A DNA stretch of 64,000 nt from an uncultured Candidatus Saccharibacteria bacterium (GCA_964426385.1 CAYRQF010000003.1:22938-86937), one strand, 5' to 3'; numbered from the stretch's first letter, positions 27,811 to 37,985 are shown. The notes: a model not told the origin generated them from the letters alone. A program made the numbers and translations.

Positions 27811-29583
27811 ATGAAGAACTTGCTTTACCTTACCGGTTTTGCGTTTTTTGCCATCACGGCATCGGCGCAAGAGTACAAGATCGAACCGGGGGTGGGCGAG
27901 ACTATCTCTCCGCTTTCTGGTTCGTATGTCGGTGGAAACAGCTATGTCATCTCTGGCTCTGTGTATCAGGGCTATGACGCTGGCATGGTCTATCGCACCA
28001 ACGCCACCTCTCTCGCATGGGCGAAGAAGGTCTTCGCACTGTCTGAAATTCAAGGCCAAACTATCACCGGTAACGGTGATGTGGTCGCAGTAGGGCAGGC
28101 GAATGGTGACGCACTCATCGTACGTTTGAGTCAGACTGGAGCTACCCTTTGGGCGAAAACCATCGGGAACAGTGCATCCATCGAGCTCATGCGTGGCGTT
28201 GTGGAAGACGCCGCTGGCAACCTTATCGTTGTCGGCGGTATCCGAGACAATACTACAAACGACGAGAATGAATTGGTCATCAAGTTCGACCAGGACGGTA
28301 ACCTGTTGTGGTCTCGCGAGGTCCTGCCGCCATTCGGTAGCATTGACCCAGCGAATCACTTCAACAAGGTGGTCATCCAGAACGATACGATCTTCGCTTT
28401 CGGCACACGGCTTCACAGTCTGAGTCCGGCGGATATATCGATCGGGAAGTTCTCAAGCGATGGAAACTACTCCGAGTTCTACACGGCAGGAAGCATTAGT
28501 AGTGAAATATTCTGCGATGTGACGATGTCCGGACAGGACTTTGTTATATCGTACCTCATGGGGAGTTACACCGGTCTAATCCGGCTCGACCCGAATCTTT
28601 CGATGCTCGCTTCGGTCCAGCTAACACCGACTCTCGGTGTTGGAACCCTCGGTATGAGCGGAGGAATAGTGTCCTGTGGCAGCAACTTCATCATCTGTGG
28701 TGATCGGGTTGTCGTAGGATCAAACTCCTTCGTTGCTGCGGTTGATCAGAACTTCTCGCCCCAATGGGCTGAGATCGTCGAAGCCAATGCTAGTGCAACG
28801 GTCAAGCCGATCGTAGGCTCGATGGGACAAGTGATGATCGTTGGAGCCTCGCAGGTGAACTTTGGAGCGGTGATGTCGGTGGTAGATGGTGCAACTGGGT
28901 TTCCTGTCATGGGATCCTGCGAACCACCACAAACTTTCGGCATCACCAAGACTTCGAATTTCCTCTACAGCGTTGAAATCATTCGCTCGGTCGTACCAGT
29001 TAACTTTGCTAACGTTGGCACTGTTACACTGGTTCCGTATCAGCCTGGTTTCGACCTGTGTGGAGTAACCACCCTTCCGATACATCTCCTGTCGTTCACG
29101 GCGAAAGCTGTTGGACACGATGTGTTGCTCGAGTGGAGCACGGCAACGGAACAGAACAATGATCATTACACGATCGAGAAATCGCGCGATGGTCAGAGTT
29201 TTGAAGAAGTTGTCCGTGTGAATGGCGCTGGCAACAGTGTTAGTACTCAGAGCTACGACGCCGTAGATCATCATCCTTATACAGGGGAGAGCTACTACCG
29301 GTTGAAGCAGACCGATACTGACGGAGCATATACTTACTCCGACCTAGTGCCGGTTACTGTGGATGCTCCAGTGGAGCTCGTGGTTTGGCCGAATCCTATC
29401 GGGAACGGCCAAGTGCTCAGTCTACCGCCTGATGCTGGTGGATATGAACTCCGAGACGTAACAGGGAGGTTGGTAAGTGTCGTTCATGGTACGACTTTGA
29501 TGAGCGGTCTGTCTTCTGGACAGTACACCGTTCGATCGATATCGAACCCCGAGCTTCACACCCAACTACTCGTGACCTTCTAG
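27811..29583 (+). CDS. secreted beta-propeller-like protein with a Bacteroidetes-type C-terminal sorting (T9SS-like) domain
   Basis: Signal peptide ending ASAQ. C-terminal LLSFTAK...LEWSTATEQNNDHYTIEKSRDGQSF...YYRLKQTDTDG motif followed by a ~80-aa beta-sandwich tail. Elevated GC. Confidence 0.75.
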   Translation: MKNLLYLTGFAFFAITASAQEYKIEPGVGETISPLSGSYVGGNSYVISGSVYQGYDAGMVYRTNATSLAWAKKVFALSEIQGQTITGNGDVVAVGQANGDALIVRLSQTGATLWAKTIGNSASIELMRGVVEDAAGNLIVVGGIRDNTTNDENELVIKFDQDGNLLWSREVLPPFGSIDPANHFNKVVIQNDTIFAFGTRLHSLSPADISIGKFSSDGNYSEFYTAGSISSEIFCDVTMSGQDFVISYLMGSYTGLIRLDPNLSMLASVQLTPTLGVGTLGMSGGIVSCGSNFIICGDRVVVGSNSFVAAVDQNFSPQWAEIVEANASATVKPIVGSMGQVMIVGASQVNFGAVMSVVDGATGFPVMGSCEPPQTFGITKTSNFLYSVEIIRSVVPVNFANVGTVTLVPYQPGFDLCGVTTLPIHLLSFTAKAVGHDVLLEWSTATEQNNDHYTIEKSRDGQSFEEVVRVNGAGNSVSTQSYDAVDHHPYTGESYYRLKQTDTDGAYTYSDLVPVTVDAPVELVVWPNPIGNGQVLSLPPDAGGYELRDVTGRLVSVVHGTTLMSGLSSGQYTVRSISNPELHTQLLVTF

Positions 29584-29616
29584 CGCTTACTCCTTCAAGA
29601 CGAACCCGTCTTGAAT

Positions 29617-29649
29617 AGGGGAACCCCGGCTTTGGCCGGGGTTTTTCGT
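29617..29649 (+). terminator. rho-independent terminator
   Basis: ccccggctttggccgggg hairpin followed by a T-run. Confidence 0.6.
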
Positions 29650-29665
29650 TTATAGGTGTGGGGGC

Positions 29666-29694
29666 TTGCATTCTAAAGGCCACCATAGTAAAGT
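29666..29694 (+). promoter_or_regulatory. sigma70-like promoter TTGCAT-17-TAAAGT upstream of rpsL
   Basis: Hexamer spacing counted directly. Confidence 0.4.
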
Positions 29695-29728
29695 ATTGCC
29701 ACTAGTCTTTTCTGGACTATTTTTTTAA

Positions 29729-30145
29729 ATGGCGACGATAAATCAACTAATCAAAAAACCGCGAAAGAAGATGGTGAGGAAGTCAAAAACCCTCGCTCTT
29801 ACTCGTGGCTTCAACTCGATCACTAACCGACCAACATCATATAATTCGCCTTTCAAGAGAGGGGTTTGTACGAAGGTCTCTACAACAACTCCAAAGAAGC
29901 CTAACTCAGCCCTCCGTAAAATCGCCCGAGTACGCCTAACTAACGGTATGGAAGTCACCGCATACATCCCAGGTGAGGGACATAACCTCCAGGAACACTC
30001 CGTCGTTATGCTACGATCCGGTCGTGTAAAGGACCTCATCGGGGTTCGATATACTGTGGTCCGCGGAGTTCTCGATGCTCAGGGTGTAGAGAAACGTCGC
30101 AACGCTCGCAGTAAATACGGTAACAAGAAACCAAAAGCTAAATAA
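29729..30145 (+). CDS. rpsL: 30S ribosomal protein S12
   Basis: [12 protein letters not shown] and [10 protein letters not shown] motifs. Confidence 0.95.
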   Translation: MATINQLIKKPRKKMVRKSKTLALTRGFNSITNRPTSYNSPFKRGVCTKVSTTTPKKPNSALRKIARVRLTNGMEVTAYIPGEGHNLQEHSVVMLRSGRVKDLIGVRYTVVRGVLDAQGVEKRRNARSKYGNKKPKAK

Positions 30146-30147
30146 AT

Positions 30148-30618
30148 ATGAGACGAAAAGTAAAAAATCGAAATCAGGTCATGCCAGACAAGGTGTATAA
30201 CTCCGAGAAACTTTCTCGCTTCATGAACTATGTCATGTTGGATGGCAAGAGGATCACTGCTCAGAAGGTGGTCTACAAGTGCCTCGAGAACCTAAAAGAG
30301 AAGAGTGGTAATCCTAACCCTCTCGAGATATTTGACCTATCTCTCAAGAACGCATCTCCAAACATGGAGGTCCGATCACGCCGAGTTGGAGGAGCTAACT
30401 ACCAGGTTCCAAGAGAAGTTCGCGCCGAGCGCCGACTACAGCTCGCTATGCGCTGGATAATTACAGCTGCTCGCGACCGAAAGGGCGTCCCTATGGACAA
30501 GGCTCTAACTGAAGAGCTAATGGCTGCCTACAACAATGAAGGCTTCGCTATCAAGAAGCGTGATGATACTCACAAGATGGCCGAGGCCAACAAGGCGTTC
30601 GCTCACTTCGCTTGGTAA
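30148..30618 (+). CDS. rpsG: 30S ribosomal protein S7
   Basis: S7 family pattern. Immediately follows rpsL. Confidence 0.95.
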   Translation: MRRKVKNRNQVMPDKVYNSEKLSRFMNYVMLDGKRITAQKVVYKCLENLKEKSGNPNPLEIFDLSLKNASPNMEVRSRRVGGANYQVPREVRAERRLQLAMRWIITAARDRKGVPMDKALTEELMAAYNNEGFAIKKRDDTHKMAEANKAFAHFAW

Positions 30619-30695
30619 TTTTTGCTAGCGCAAAAATCATCTAACGATTTGTCCCGGGGTTTAAGTTTATTTTTAATAATTAGATAATTTTTTAT

Positions 30696-32858
30696 ATGTC
30701 TCGCGACTATCCACTGAACAAAGTTAGGAATTTCGGAATCATTGCCCACATCGATGCCGGCAAGACCACCACATCTGAGCGTGTGCTTTTTTACACAGGG
30801 ATGTCTCACAAAATCGGGGAAGTGCATGAGGGTGATACCGTCATGGACTGGATGGAACAGGAGCGAGAGCGAGGCATTACTATTACTTCAGCTGCTACGA
30901 CATGCTTCTGGAGCCCTTCATACATGCCAAAGGACGATGTTTCTAAGAAAACTCGTTTCAACTTGATCGACACCCCAGGACACATCGACTTCACTATCGA
31001 GGTGAAGCGCTCACTTCGTGTCCTCGACGGCGCCGTTGTCGTATTCGACGGAGTTGCGGGAGTAGAGCCTCAGTCAGAGACTAACTGGCGTTATGCCGAT
31101 GAGGGTAACGTTCCACGTCTTTGCTTCATCAACAAGCTCGATCGAACAGGAGCCTCTTATGACAAGTCGTATCAGAGCATCCTTGATCGTTTGACCAAGA
31201 AAGCTGTCCGTATCCAGATCCCAGTTGGACTCGAAGACCAGTTCTCTGCAGTTATCGACCTTCTCAAGATGAAGGCTTATAAATTCGAAGGCGACAAAGG
31301 TAAAGACATCATCGAGATGGAAATACCTGAGAGTCACAAGGTAGAAGCTGAGAAGCTTCACCTAGAGCTCATCGAGAAAATCGTTGAGAATGATGAGACT
31401 ATGATGTCTGCATACCTAGACGGTAAGACAGATTTCCCAATAGACGAACTCAAGGCAGTATTGCGAAAAGCGGTTATCAAGAACGAAATCTTCCCAGTAT
31501 TCTGCGGATCAGCTCTAAAGAATAAGGGTGTTCAGCTCGTTCTCGACGGCGTTATCGATTACTTACCATCTCCTCTAGATATCCCGATGACACATGGTAT
31601 CGACCCGAATACTGGCGAGACTATAACTCGCGAGCCTTCTGATACCGCGCCACTTTCAGCTCTCGCTTTCAAGCTCCAGTCTGATCCATACGTTGGACAG
31701 CTTACTTTTATCCGTGTCTACTCTGGATCTCTCGAGGCAGGATCATATGTATACAACGCAACAAAAAATACCAAAGAACGCATCGGCCGAATCCTCCGTA
31801 TGCATGCTAACGAGCGTGAAGAGGTGAAGACTGTCTACGCTGGAGAGATTGCTGCGGCTGTCGGACTTAAAGATACGACAACATCAGATACTCTCTGTGA
31901 TGAGAACAATCCTATCATTCTAGAGCGAATTATCGCCCCAGAACCTGTTATCTCGATGCGTATCGAACCGAAGACCAAGGCTGACCAGGAGAAAATGGGA
32001 CTTGCGCTCAACAGACTCTCTGCTGAGGACCCAACATTCCGTGTGTCATCTGATCCAGAAACAGGCGAGACTATTATCGCCGGTATGGGAGAGCTACACC
32101 TAGAAATTCTCGTCGACCGTATGAAGAGAGAGTTCACTGTCGAAGCGAACACTTCTGCTCCACAGGTTGCATTCCGCGAAACCATCAAAGGCAATGCCGA
32201 TGTCGATCACAAGTACGTAAAACAGTCTGGAGGACGAGGACAGTACGGTCATGTCAAAATCAGACTTTCGCCGATCGACTACTCTGTTGCAGAGGAAGAT
32301 TTACCGAAGAATACAACTCGTGAGAACGGATTCGAGTTCGTTAACTCTATCCGCGGAGGAGTTATTCCTAACGAGTACATCCCAGCAGTTGAGAAGGGTA
32401 TCATCGAGAGTATGCAACGAGGAGTTGTTGCTGGATATCCTATTACAGACGTTCGCGTAGAGCTATACGATGGTTCGTATCACGATGTCGACTCCTCAGA
32501 AATCGCCTTCAAGATCGCTGCATCCATGGCGTTCCAAGAAGCAGCAAAGAAAGCGAACCCTGTAATCCTCGAACCAGTCATGAAAGTCGAAGTTGTGGCC
32601 CCTCACTCATATATGGGAGACATCACTGGAGATATCGCTTCGAAGCGTGGTCTCGTAGAAGGAACTGAAGACCGTGGTATGGTCCAGGCTATCCGCGCCA
32701 TGATCCCACTATCTGAAATGTTCGGATATATCAACAACCTCCGCTCGATGACTGCAGGACGCGGAAACTTCACTATGGAATTCGCAAAGTATGATGTTGT
32801 TCCAAAGAACGTTGCCGAGGACATCATCAAGAAGAGAATGGGAACACCAGCGAAATAG
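30696..32858 (+). CDS. fusA: elongation factor G
   Basis: [10 protein letters not shown]1 motif, DTPGHIDF. 720 aa. Confidence 0.95.
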   Translation: MSRDYPLNKVRNFGIIAHIDAGKTTTSERVLFYTGMSHKIGEVHEGDTVMDWMEQERERGITITSAATTCFWSPSYMPKDDVSKKTRFNLIDTPGHIDFTIEVKRSLRVLDGAVVVFDGVAGVEPQSETNWRYADEGNVPRLCFINKLDRTGASYDKSYQSILDRLTKKAVRIQIPVGLEDQFSAVIDLLKMKAYKFEGDKGKDIIEMEIPESHKVEAEKLHLELIEKIVENDETMMSAYLDGKTDFPIDELKAVLRKAVIKNEIFPVFCGSALKNKGVQLVLDGVIDYLPSPLDIPMTHGIDPNTGETITREPSDTAPLSALAFKLQSDPYVGQLTFIRVYSGSLEAGSYVYNATKNTKERIGRILRMHANEREEVKTVYAGEIAAAVGLKDTTTSDTLCDENNPIILERIIAPEPVISMRIEPKTKADQEKMGLALNRLSAEDPTFRVSSDPETGETIIAGMGELHLEILVDRMKREFTVEANTSAPQVAFRETIKGNADVDHKYVKQSGGRGQYGHVKIRLSPIDYSVAEEDLPKNTTRENGFEFVNSIRGGVIPNEYIPAVEKGIIESMQRGVVAGYPITDVRVELYDGSYHDVDSSEIAFKIAASMAFQEAAKKANPVILEPVMKVEVVAPHSYMGDITGDIASKRGLVEGTEDRGMVQAIRAMIPLSEMFGYINNLRSMTAGRGNFTMEFAKYDVVPKNVAEDIIKKRMGTPAK

Positions 32859-32867
32859 TGAGCTTTG

Positions 32868-32963
32868 AGTGGCTAGCTTATAGCTTTTAGAAATCAAAAA
32901 TCCCCGTGAGGGGATTTTTGATTGGTGTCCCATAAGCTAAAAGCAATCAGCTAGAAGCTACTT
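32868..32963. repeat. inverted pair of the short AGCTAKAAGCTAAAAGC repeat family flanking the fusA terminator
   Basis: Left arm ctagcttatagcttttag (reverse orientation) and right arm ataagctaaaagcaatcagctagaagcta bracket the hairpin at 32896-32919. Confidence 0.7.
32896..32919. terminator. stem-loop terminator aaaaatccccgtgaggggattttt
   Basis: Perfect hairpin with A and T runs on both sides, so bidirectional. Confidence 0.65.
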
Positions 32964-33248
32964 TGTGGCGAAATAGCTCATAGCGATGCCGAATATGCAC
33001 ATGGCTCCTATAACAGGTCCTAGCACCCAGACGTTTGACGGTGTGATGGCAACAACTAGAGCGGTCATGATGACTGCCGCCGTACCAACGCTCTTGGATA
33101 TGGATATCAAATGAAATTCGTCTACAGGTGGTCGTTTGGCGACGACAACTTTGTCTTGGAGAGGCTTTGAACCAAAACCTTTACGAACCTTCTTCTTTGA
33201 GGAAGATTTTTTCTTTGGTTTAATTTGTAATTCTATTTCGTTAGCCAT
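32958..33248 (-). CDS. small basic membrane protein (hypothetical)
   Basis: Lys-rich N-terminus and two C-terminal TM helices. Start chosen at MANEIE; the ORF track extends to 33314. Confidence 0.45.
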   Translation of the reverse strand: MANEIELQIKPKKKSSSKKKVRKGFGSKPLQDKVVVAKRPPVDEFHLISISKSVGTAAVIMTALVVAITPSNVWVLGPVIGAMCIFGIAMSYFATK

Positions 33249-33373
33249 AGTTAGAAGTTTAACGCTCATTAAGTATAAACAATGATACGTAAAAAAGATA
33301 AGAGTTTTGCACACATTTTTATTTTTCAGCAGTTTTTGTTCGCGACAAGATGTAATTTTGATATAATTTAAGC

Positions 33374-36300
33374 ATGAAAAAAATGAAAAACCTCTCCGAT
33401 GAATTCGTGATTTCTATCGGACTACTCCTTATGTCCTTTTTTATTTTTCATGTCGTGATATTTCCCAGCATAATTCGAGAATCAAACGTCGCGGTGGTTT
33501 CACTCTCTTCGACTAGAAATATTTACAATATGACTCCTTCGGATAATTTTCCAGGAGTCTTCAATTTTAATTACAAGTACGAAGGTTCTCGTGCTAAGAG
33601 TGGAGATCTAAAAAAATTTGATTTCGCTATAGTGTCACTTGATGAGAAAAAAGCTTATGCTGAGCTACCCGAAGGGAAGAATCTCGGTGTTATAAGAGAC
33701 ACGTGGGGTTATCCAGTTAAGGAAAATGCATTTATGAAAACATCTCGCATTCAGGATAAGAAGAATGGGGATGGTCGCGCCGATGAAGATCCTGATGTGC
33801 CCGGGCTCGTAAACTGTAGATCTAATGAGGGTGTTACTGGTTATTTTAAAGCATACTTTGAAGACGTAGCATTGGAAAACGGTGTTGGTTACGATGACTT
33901 GGCACTTGGGGAAGGTAGGAGAGAAGAGGTGTGCCAGGTGCTTCAGGATATTGCGGCACTCATAAAGCTCGATGAAACTGACGTGACCCCAGAGATACTA
34001 TTTACCGATAGTAGTAATATTTCAATCTCATCTTTGGCGGCGGCCTCGGCCTATATGGGGTATTATTCTGTGGGTCCGGATAATGGATCTCTTCACAGGC
34101 ACATCATTTCCCGCAACGACCCTACGCCTGGGGATGGTATGTTTGATGCTTTTGTTATGACGAACTTTACCAATGTCTCATGGGATGTTGATTCTGATCT
34201 TAATACTGGTACATACGATTTTTATACTGTGATATACCATGAAATCATGCACGCGCTTGGCTTCCGAGGTCTCCTGCCTGCAACTGTTACAGGTAGTGGT
34301 GTTGCTCACCAGCACGATACCTTTGATTATTTTAGTTACAAAGACGTCGCTCTCGCAGATCCATTCATTGACCCTGTTACCGCGCAACTCGAGGCTCCGG
34401 TTGGCGCACCATCTCCTTGGTATATAAGTAACAATGTGGTCTATCGAGGAATAAAAAATTTAATTGGCGCTTTACCTGATGACGCACACCCCGTCTATAG
34501 CCCAGTTACATGGGAGCAAGGAGCTTCCTTGTCACACTTTGATATGTCTAGAGCTTCCGGTCAGACATATGTCATGAATCCCTCTATCGCAACAAATACT
34601 GAAAGGGATATACATATTCATGAGAAAGAGGTTCTGTGTCATCTCGGGTATCAGGTAGAAGGTGTTACCGGGTGTTTACAAGAGACTCCGTTTGCAGTTG
34701 ACGATATTGTGGATTTTGAAGTAGGTGATTCGGTGTGTATTAAGCCTCTTGTTAATGATGAAGGCTTCGCTGGACAGGTAGTAGGGCAATCATTGTCTCC
34801 TATCTCACTCGAGTCGGGCGATAATCTAACATATTATTCTGGTGCTGACTGTACGGGTTCGACAGCTACTACATTTGAGAATGCGAGGTCTGTTCTTTTT
34901 GATTCTGCTTCTGTCGACGTCGTGCGCACACTTCGTTATGAGATAAAAGATACAGTGTCGAATAGAATATCTAACCAAGCCCTGATAGTGCTGTCGTCTT
35001 GTGGTGTTGCCGCTGAAGAATATTTATGTAATGGAGATTTTGAATCAGGATATATCGACACAGGGGATATCGGCAGTATTCAGGTTATGGAATGTCCTTC
35101 AGTGTTCCCAGACATTTGTCCATTTTGGGGGTCTCCGGATATTTATAATAGAGATTTTGATTTTACTTCTTATTGGCTGTATCAGGGGCCAACCGATACG
35201 CATAATGGTGCACCAAACAATAGGTATCTATTCGGCGGCGGTTCGTCAGGTGGTGAAATGGTAAGTGTTGGGGGAGAGATTTATCGAAACGAAAGAGCTT
35301 ATCTGAAAACCAAAGCCCCTCTGCCACCTGGAGAATATATAATCTCATGGTATGGCGTATATGCTGGAGGTAACCTAACTCAAGTCGATAACGCCTCAGT
35401 TAACGCATATATAACTAGTGAGATACCGATAACTCCTACTGATGTAGAGGCTCGTTATATATCAAATCCTGAAGATGTGTTGGTGAATGTTCCCGTGGAT
35501 ATGGTTACTAGCTTTGTCGTGAATGATCCTACTAATTGGAGATACTACGAAACCACTTTAACCATACCGGATAACAATCTCGATTATGAATACCTGATAC
35601 TCGAACCAAAAAGAGTCGCCATCGTTGAAACAGACAATTTTGGCGGGATTAGAAATGTTTTTGACGACGTTAGTATTAGGCTCGTAAGTGAAAATCTCGC
35701 AGATGATAGTGTTACAGGTATTGTCTATGAAGATGAAAACCAAGATGGTGTTAGGCAAAACGGCGAAACAGCCCTTGGCGGTGTTTCCGTTCACCTGTTT
35801 GATGTTGGCAGTACAACACCACTTCAAACTGTTGTCACACAAGACTTGCCTGACGCTGGGGCATATGGTTTCTCAAATATTTCAGATGGAACATATAATG
35901 TAGCACTGGATGGGGAGTCGCTATATTCAATCATTACCGAACCTTTGATGAATAATATAATTCCGGGATATTCACATGCTCGTCAGGTTGTTGTGTCGAA
36001 TGGAGTTGTTTCATCTGGTAATGATTTCGGTGTGGTGTTAGGTGCAAACAATACAGATTTTGGTTCTGCAAATCTACACATAAAGAAAGCCCTAATAGAC
36101 TCGTCGCTATCAATAATAGATAGAAACATAACTTGGCAGGTAGAAGTAACTAACTTTGGTCCCGATACGGCAACAGCGGTAAATATCATTGACGCTATAC
36201 CTGTTTCGCTCGAATATTACGCTCATGCAACCAATTATCCATATACTTATAACCCTGTTACAGGTATATGGCAGATTCCTGAACTTGGGGTGGGGGAAAC

Positions 36301-36472
36301 AGCTTACATAAATATAACAATGAGGGTGCCTCAAGGGACTTGCGGGCTAAAAACAAACATGGCCAACATTTTGGATATGGATCAGACAGATTCGGATACA
36401 TCAGATAATACTGCAATTGCGAATATCAAGCTCAAGAATTGTGCCACAACCGCCCCAGGTCTGCGGAAATAG
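33374..36472 (+). CDS. secreted/anchored zinc metalloprotease (zincin HExxH) with SdrD-B-like and DUF11 repeat domains
   Basis: YHEIMHALGF motif. VTGIVYEDENQDGVRQNGE (SdrD B-like). DUF11-like ITWQVEVTNFGPDTATAVNIID. Confidence 0.75.
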   Translation: MKKMKNLSDEFVISIGLLLMSFFIFHVVIFPSIIRESNVAVVSLSSTRNIYNMTPSDNFPGVFNFNYKYEGSRAKSGDLKKFDFAIVSLDEKKAYAELPEGKNLGVIRDTWGYPVKENAFMKTSRIQDKKNGDGRADEDPDVPGLVNCRSNEGVTGYFKAYFEDVALENGVGYDDLALGEGRREEVCQVLQDIAALIKLDETDVTPEILFTDSSNISISSLAAASAYMGYYSVGPDNGSLHRHIISRNDPTPGDGMFDAFVMTNFTNVSWDVDSDLNTGTYDFYTVIYHEIMHALGFRGLLPATVTGSGVAHQHDTFDYFSYKDVALADPFIDPVTAQLEAPVGAPSPWYISNNVVYRGIKNLIGALPDDAHPVYSPVTWEQGASLSHFDMSRASGQTYVMNPSIATNTERDIHIHEKEVLCHLGYQVEGVTGCLQETPFAVDDIVDFEVGDSVCIKPLVNDEGFAGQVVGQSLSPISLESGDNLTYYSGADCTGSTATTFENARSVLFDSASVDVVRTLRYEIKDTVSNRISNQALIVLSSCGVAAEEYLCNGDFESGYIDTGDIGSIQVMECPSVFPDICPFWGSPDIYNRDFDFTSYWLYQGPTDTHNGAPNNRYLFGGGSSGGEMVSVGGEIYRNERAYLKTKAPLPPGEYIISWYGVYAGGNLTQVDNASVNAYITSEIPITPTDVEARYISNPEDVLVNVPVDMVTSFVVNDPTNWRYYETTLTIPDNNLDYEYLILEPKRVAIVETDNFGGIRNVFDDVSIRLVSENLADDSVTGIVYEDENQDGVRQNGETALGGVSVHLFDVGSTTPLQTVVTQDLPDAGAYGFSNISDGTYNVALDGESLYSIITEPLMNNIIPGYSHARQVVVSNGVVSSGNDFGVVLGANNTDFGSANLHIKKALIDSSLSIIDRNITWQVEVTNFGPDTATAVNIIDAIPVSLEYYAHATNYPYTYNPVTGIWQIPELGVGETAYINITMRVPQGTCGLKTNMANILDMDQTDSDTSDNTAIANIKLKNCATTAPGLRK

Positions 36473-36507
36473 GGTTGTTGACATTTTCGGGGTTATGGAG
36501 TATTCTC

Positions 36508-36531
36508 TAAATAACCCCGCGGGGGTTTTTT
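36508..36531 (+). terminator. rho-independent terminator
   Basis: aaccccgcgggggtt hairpin followed by a T-run. Confidence 0.6.
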
Positions 36532-36587
36532 AGTAAGGGTAAAATTAACAATAATAAGAGCACTCGCAAAGCTTCTCATTAGGAAAT

Positions 36588-36767
36588 ATGAAATTCTTCA
36601 CATACATCAAAGAGTCATTCGGGGAGGTGCGCCACATCAAATGGCCGACTCGCCAGGAAACGATACTTTTCACATTGGCGGTTATCGTCATCTCACTCAT
36701 CGTTGCCTACTATCTCGGATTCCTCGATATCGTTTTCGCCAAAGGACTAAAACTAATCATCGAATAA
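36588..36767 (+). CDS. secE: preprotein translocase subunit SecE (59 aa)
   Basis: Manual translation: MKFFTYIKESFGEVRHIKWPTRQETILFTLAVIVISLIVAYYLGFLDIVFAKGLKLIIE. Position immediately upstream of nusG. Not in the ORF track because it is under 60 aa. Confidence 0.8.
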   Translation: MKFFTYIKESFGEVRHIKWPTRQETILFTLAVIVISLIVAYYLGFLDIVFAKGLKLIIE

Positions 36768-36768
36768 T

Positions 36769-37317
36769 ATGGCTAAACAGGAATTATCAGGTGAAAGAAA
36801 TTGGTATGCTATCCATACATATGCTGGATACGAGAATGCCGTTCTACGAAATCTAAAACAGCGTATTGAGTCTCTCGGTATGCAGGACAAAATATTTGAA
36901 GTAATCGTTCCGACAGAGAAAAATATCAAGATAAAAGCTGGTAAGCGCGTTGAAGTAGAGGAGAAGATTTATCCTGGTTATGTCCTCGTTGATATGATCG
37001 TGAATGATGACTCATGGTACGTAGTTCGTAACACTCCACGTGTTACCGGGTTCGTCGGGGCAGGGGTCAACCCAGTTCCAGTCTCGAAGGCTGAGATAGA
37101 CATGCTTCTCGGCCGTATGAGGAAGGACGAAGGGGCAAAACATGCCATCGACCTCGTTATCGGCGAGACTATTTCTATCGTTGACGGCCCATTCAAGGAG
37201 CTCGAAGGCCGAGTTAACAATATCGACAAAGAAAGGGGTAAAATCAATGTTCTCGTGTCCATGTTCGGTCGTGAGACTCCGGTAGAACTCGACTTCTTGC
37301 AAGTAAGGAAGATATAA
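36769..37317 (+). CDS. nusG: transcription antiterminator NusG
   Basis: NGN and KOW domains (WYAIHTYAGYE...). Confidence 0.95.
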   Translation: MAKQELSGERNWYAIHTYAGYENAVLRNLKQRIESLGMQDKIFEVIVPTEKNIKIKAGKRVEVEEKIYPGYVLVDMIVNDDSWYVVRNTPRVTGFVGAGVNPVPVSKAEIDMLLGRMRKDEGAKHAIDLVIGETISIVDGPFKELEGRVNNIDKERGKINVLVSMFGRETPVELDFLQVRKI

Positions 37318-37335
37318 GCTAATCTATTACCCATT

Positions 37336-37767
37336 ATGGCATCAAAGAAAAAGATAGTTAAAAACGTCAAACTACAGATCGAAGCCGGTCGTGCGACCCC
37401 AGCTCCGCCTATTGGTCCTGCCATCGGTCAGGCCGGTGTTAACATCGGTACATTCGTGACCGAGTTCAACGAGCGAACCAAGTCTATGGCTGGTCAGGGT
37501 AAGGTCTCCGTCAAGCTCCGTGTATATGAGGACCGCTCATACGACTTCGATGCCAAGACCCCTCTTACAGCCCCTCTCATCCTCAAAGCTGCTGGTATCG
37601 ACAAGGGTTCATCCAAGAACGCTACCAAGCGAGCAGGAAGCATCTCTAGAGCCAAGCTCGAGGAGATCGCTGAGATGAAGCTCAAGGATCTGTCGGCGAA
37701 CGACATCCCGGCTGCGATGAAGATTCTCGAAGGACAGTGCCGATCGATGGGAATCGAAGTCAAGTAG
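37336..37767 (+). CDS. rplK: 50S ribosomal protein L11
   Basis: PPIGPAIGQAGVNI motif. Confidence 0.95.
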   Translation: MASKKKIVKNVKLQIEAGRATPAPPIGPAIGQAGVNIGTFVTEFNERTKSMAGQGKVSVKLRVYEDRSYDFDAKTPLTAPLILKAAGIDKGSSKNATKRAGSISRAKLEEIAEMKLKDLSANDIPAAMKILEGQCRSMGIEVK

Positions 37768-37792
37768 CGCTCCGCAAAATATCTATTTGAAA

Positions 37793-37905
37793 AGGCTCCG
37801 GAAATCGGGGCTTTTTCAACTCCTCGAAAACGCAAGCGCCGGCTTTTGTCTAAACGACAAAACCGGTTACGTTCTCGGACTTTCAAAAGCCCCGATTTCC
37901 TTCGT
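37793..37905. repeat. nested long inverted repeat / stem-loop
   Basis: Outer 16-bp stem GGAAATCGGGGCTTTT / AAAAGCCCCGATTTCC. Inner imperfect stem ccggcttttgtc...gacaaaaccgg. Confidence 0.6.
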
Positions 37906-37985
37906 TTTAATTTTCAAATGTATATTTTGCTCCGCTTAGGGGGGAAAGGGGTGGACCTTGCCAAGTAGATGTTTTTTGTCTAAGG

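Noticed and set aside
27799-29274. Minus-strand ORFs 27799-28416 (205 aa) and 28720-29274 (184 aa)
   Set aside because: Antisense to the GC-rich T9SS-like gene. Long shadow ORFs are expected in GC-rich coding sequence, and their composition is Arg/Ser-rich nonsense.
27811-29583. Firm claim of horizontal transfer from Bacteroidetes
   Set aside because: The GC and codon shift is modest and judged by eye. glyA and the PNP gene are similarly GC-rich. It is kept as a hypothesis only.
36978-37424. 148-aa minus-strand ORF
   Set aside because: Antisense to nusG and rplK, which are unambiguous.
37793-37905. tRNA or attachment site at the nested palindrome after rplK
   Set aside because: No cloverleaf-compatible arms or T-loop (GTTCGAATCC-like) present. 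It is treated as an inverted repeat or terminator structure only.
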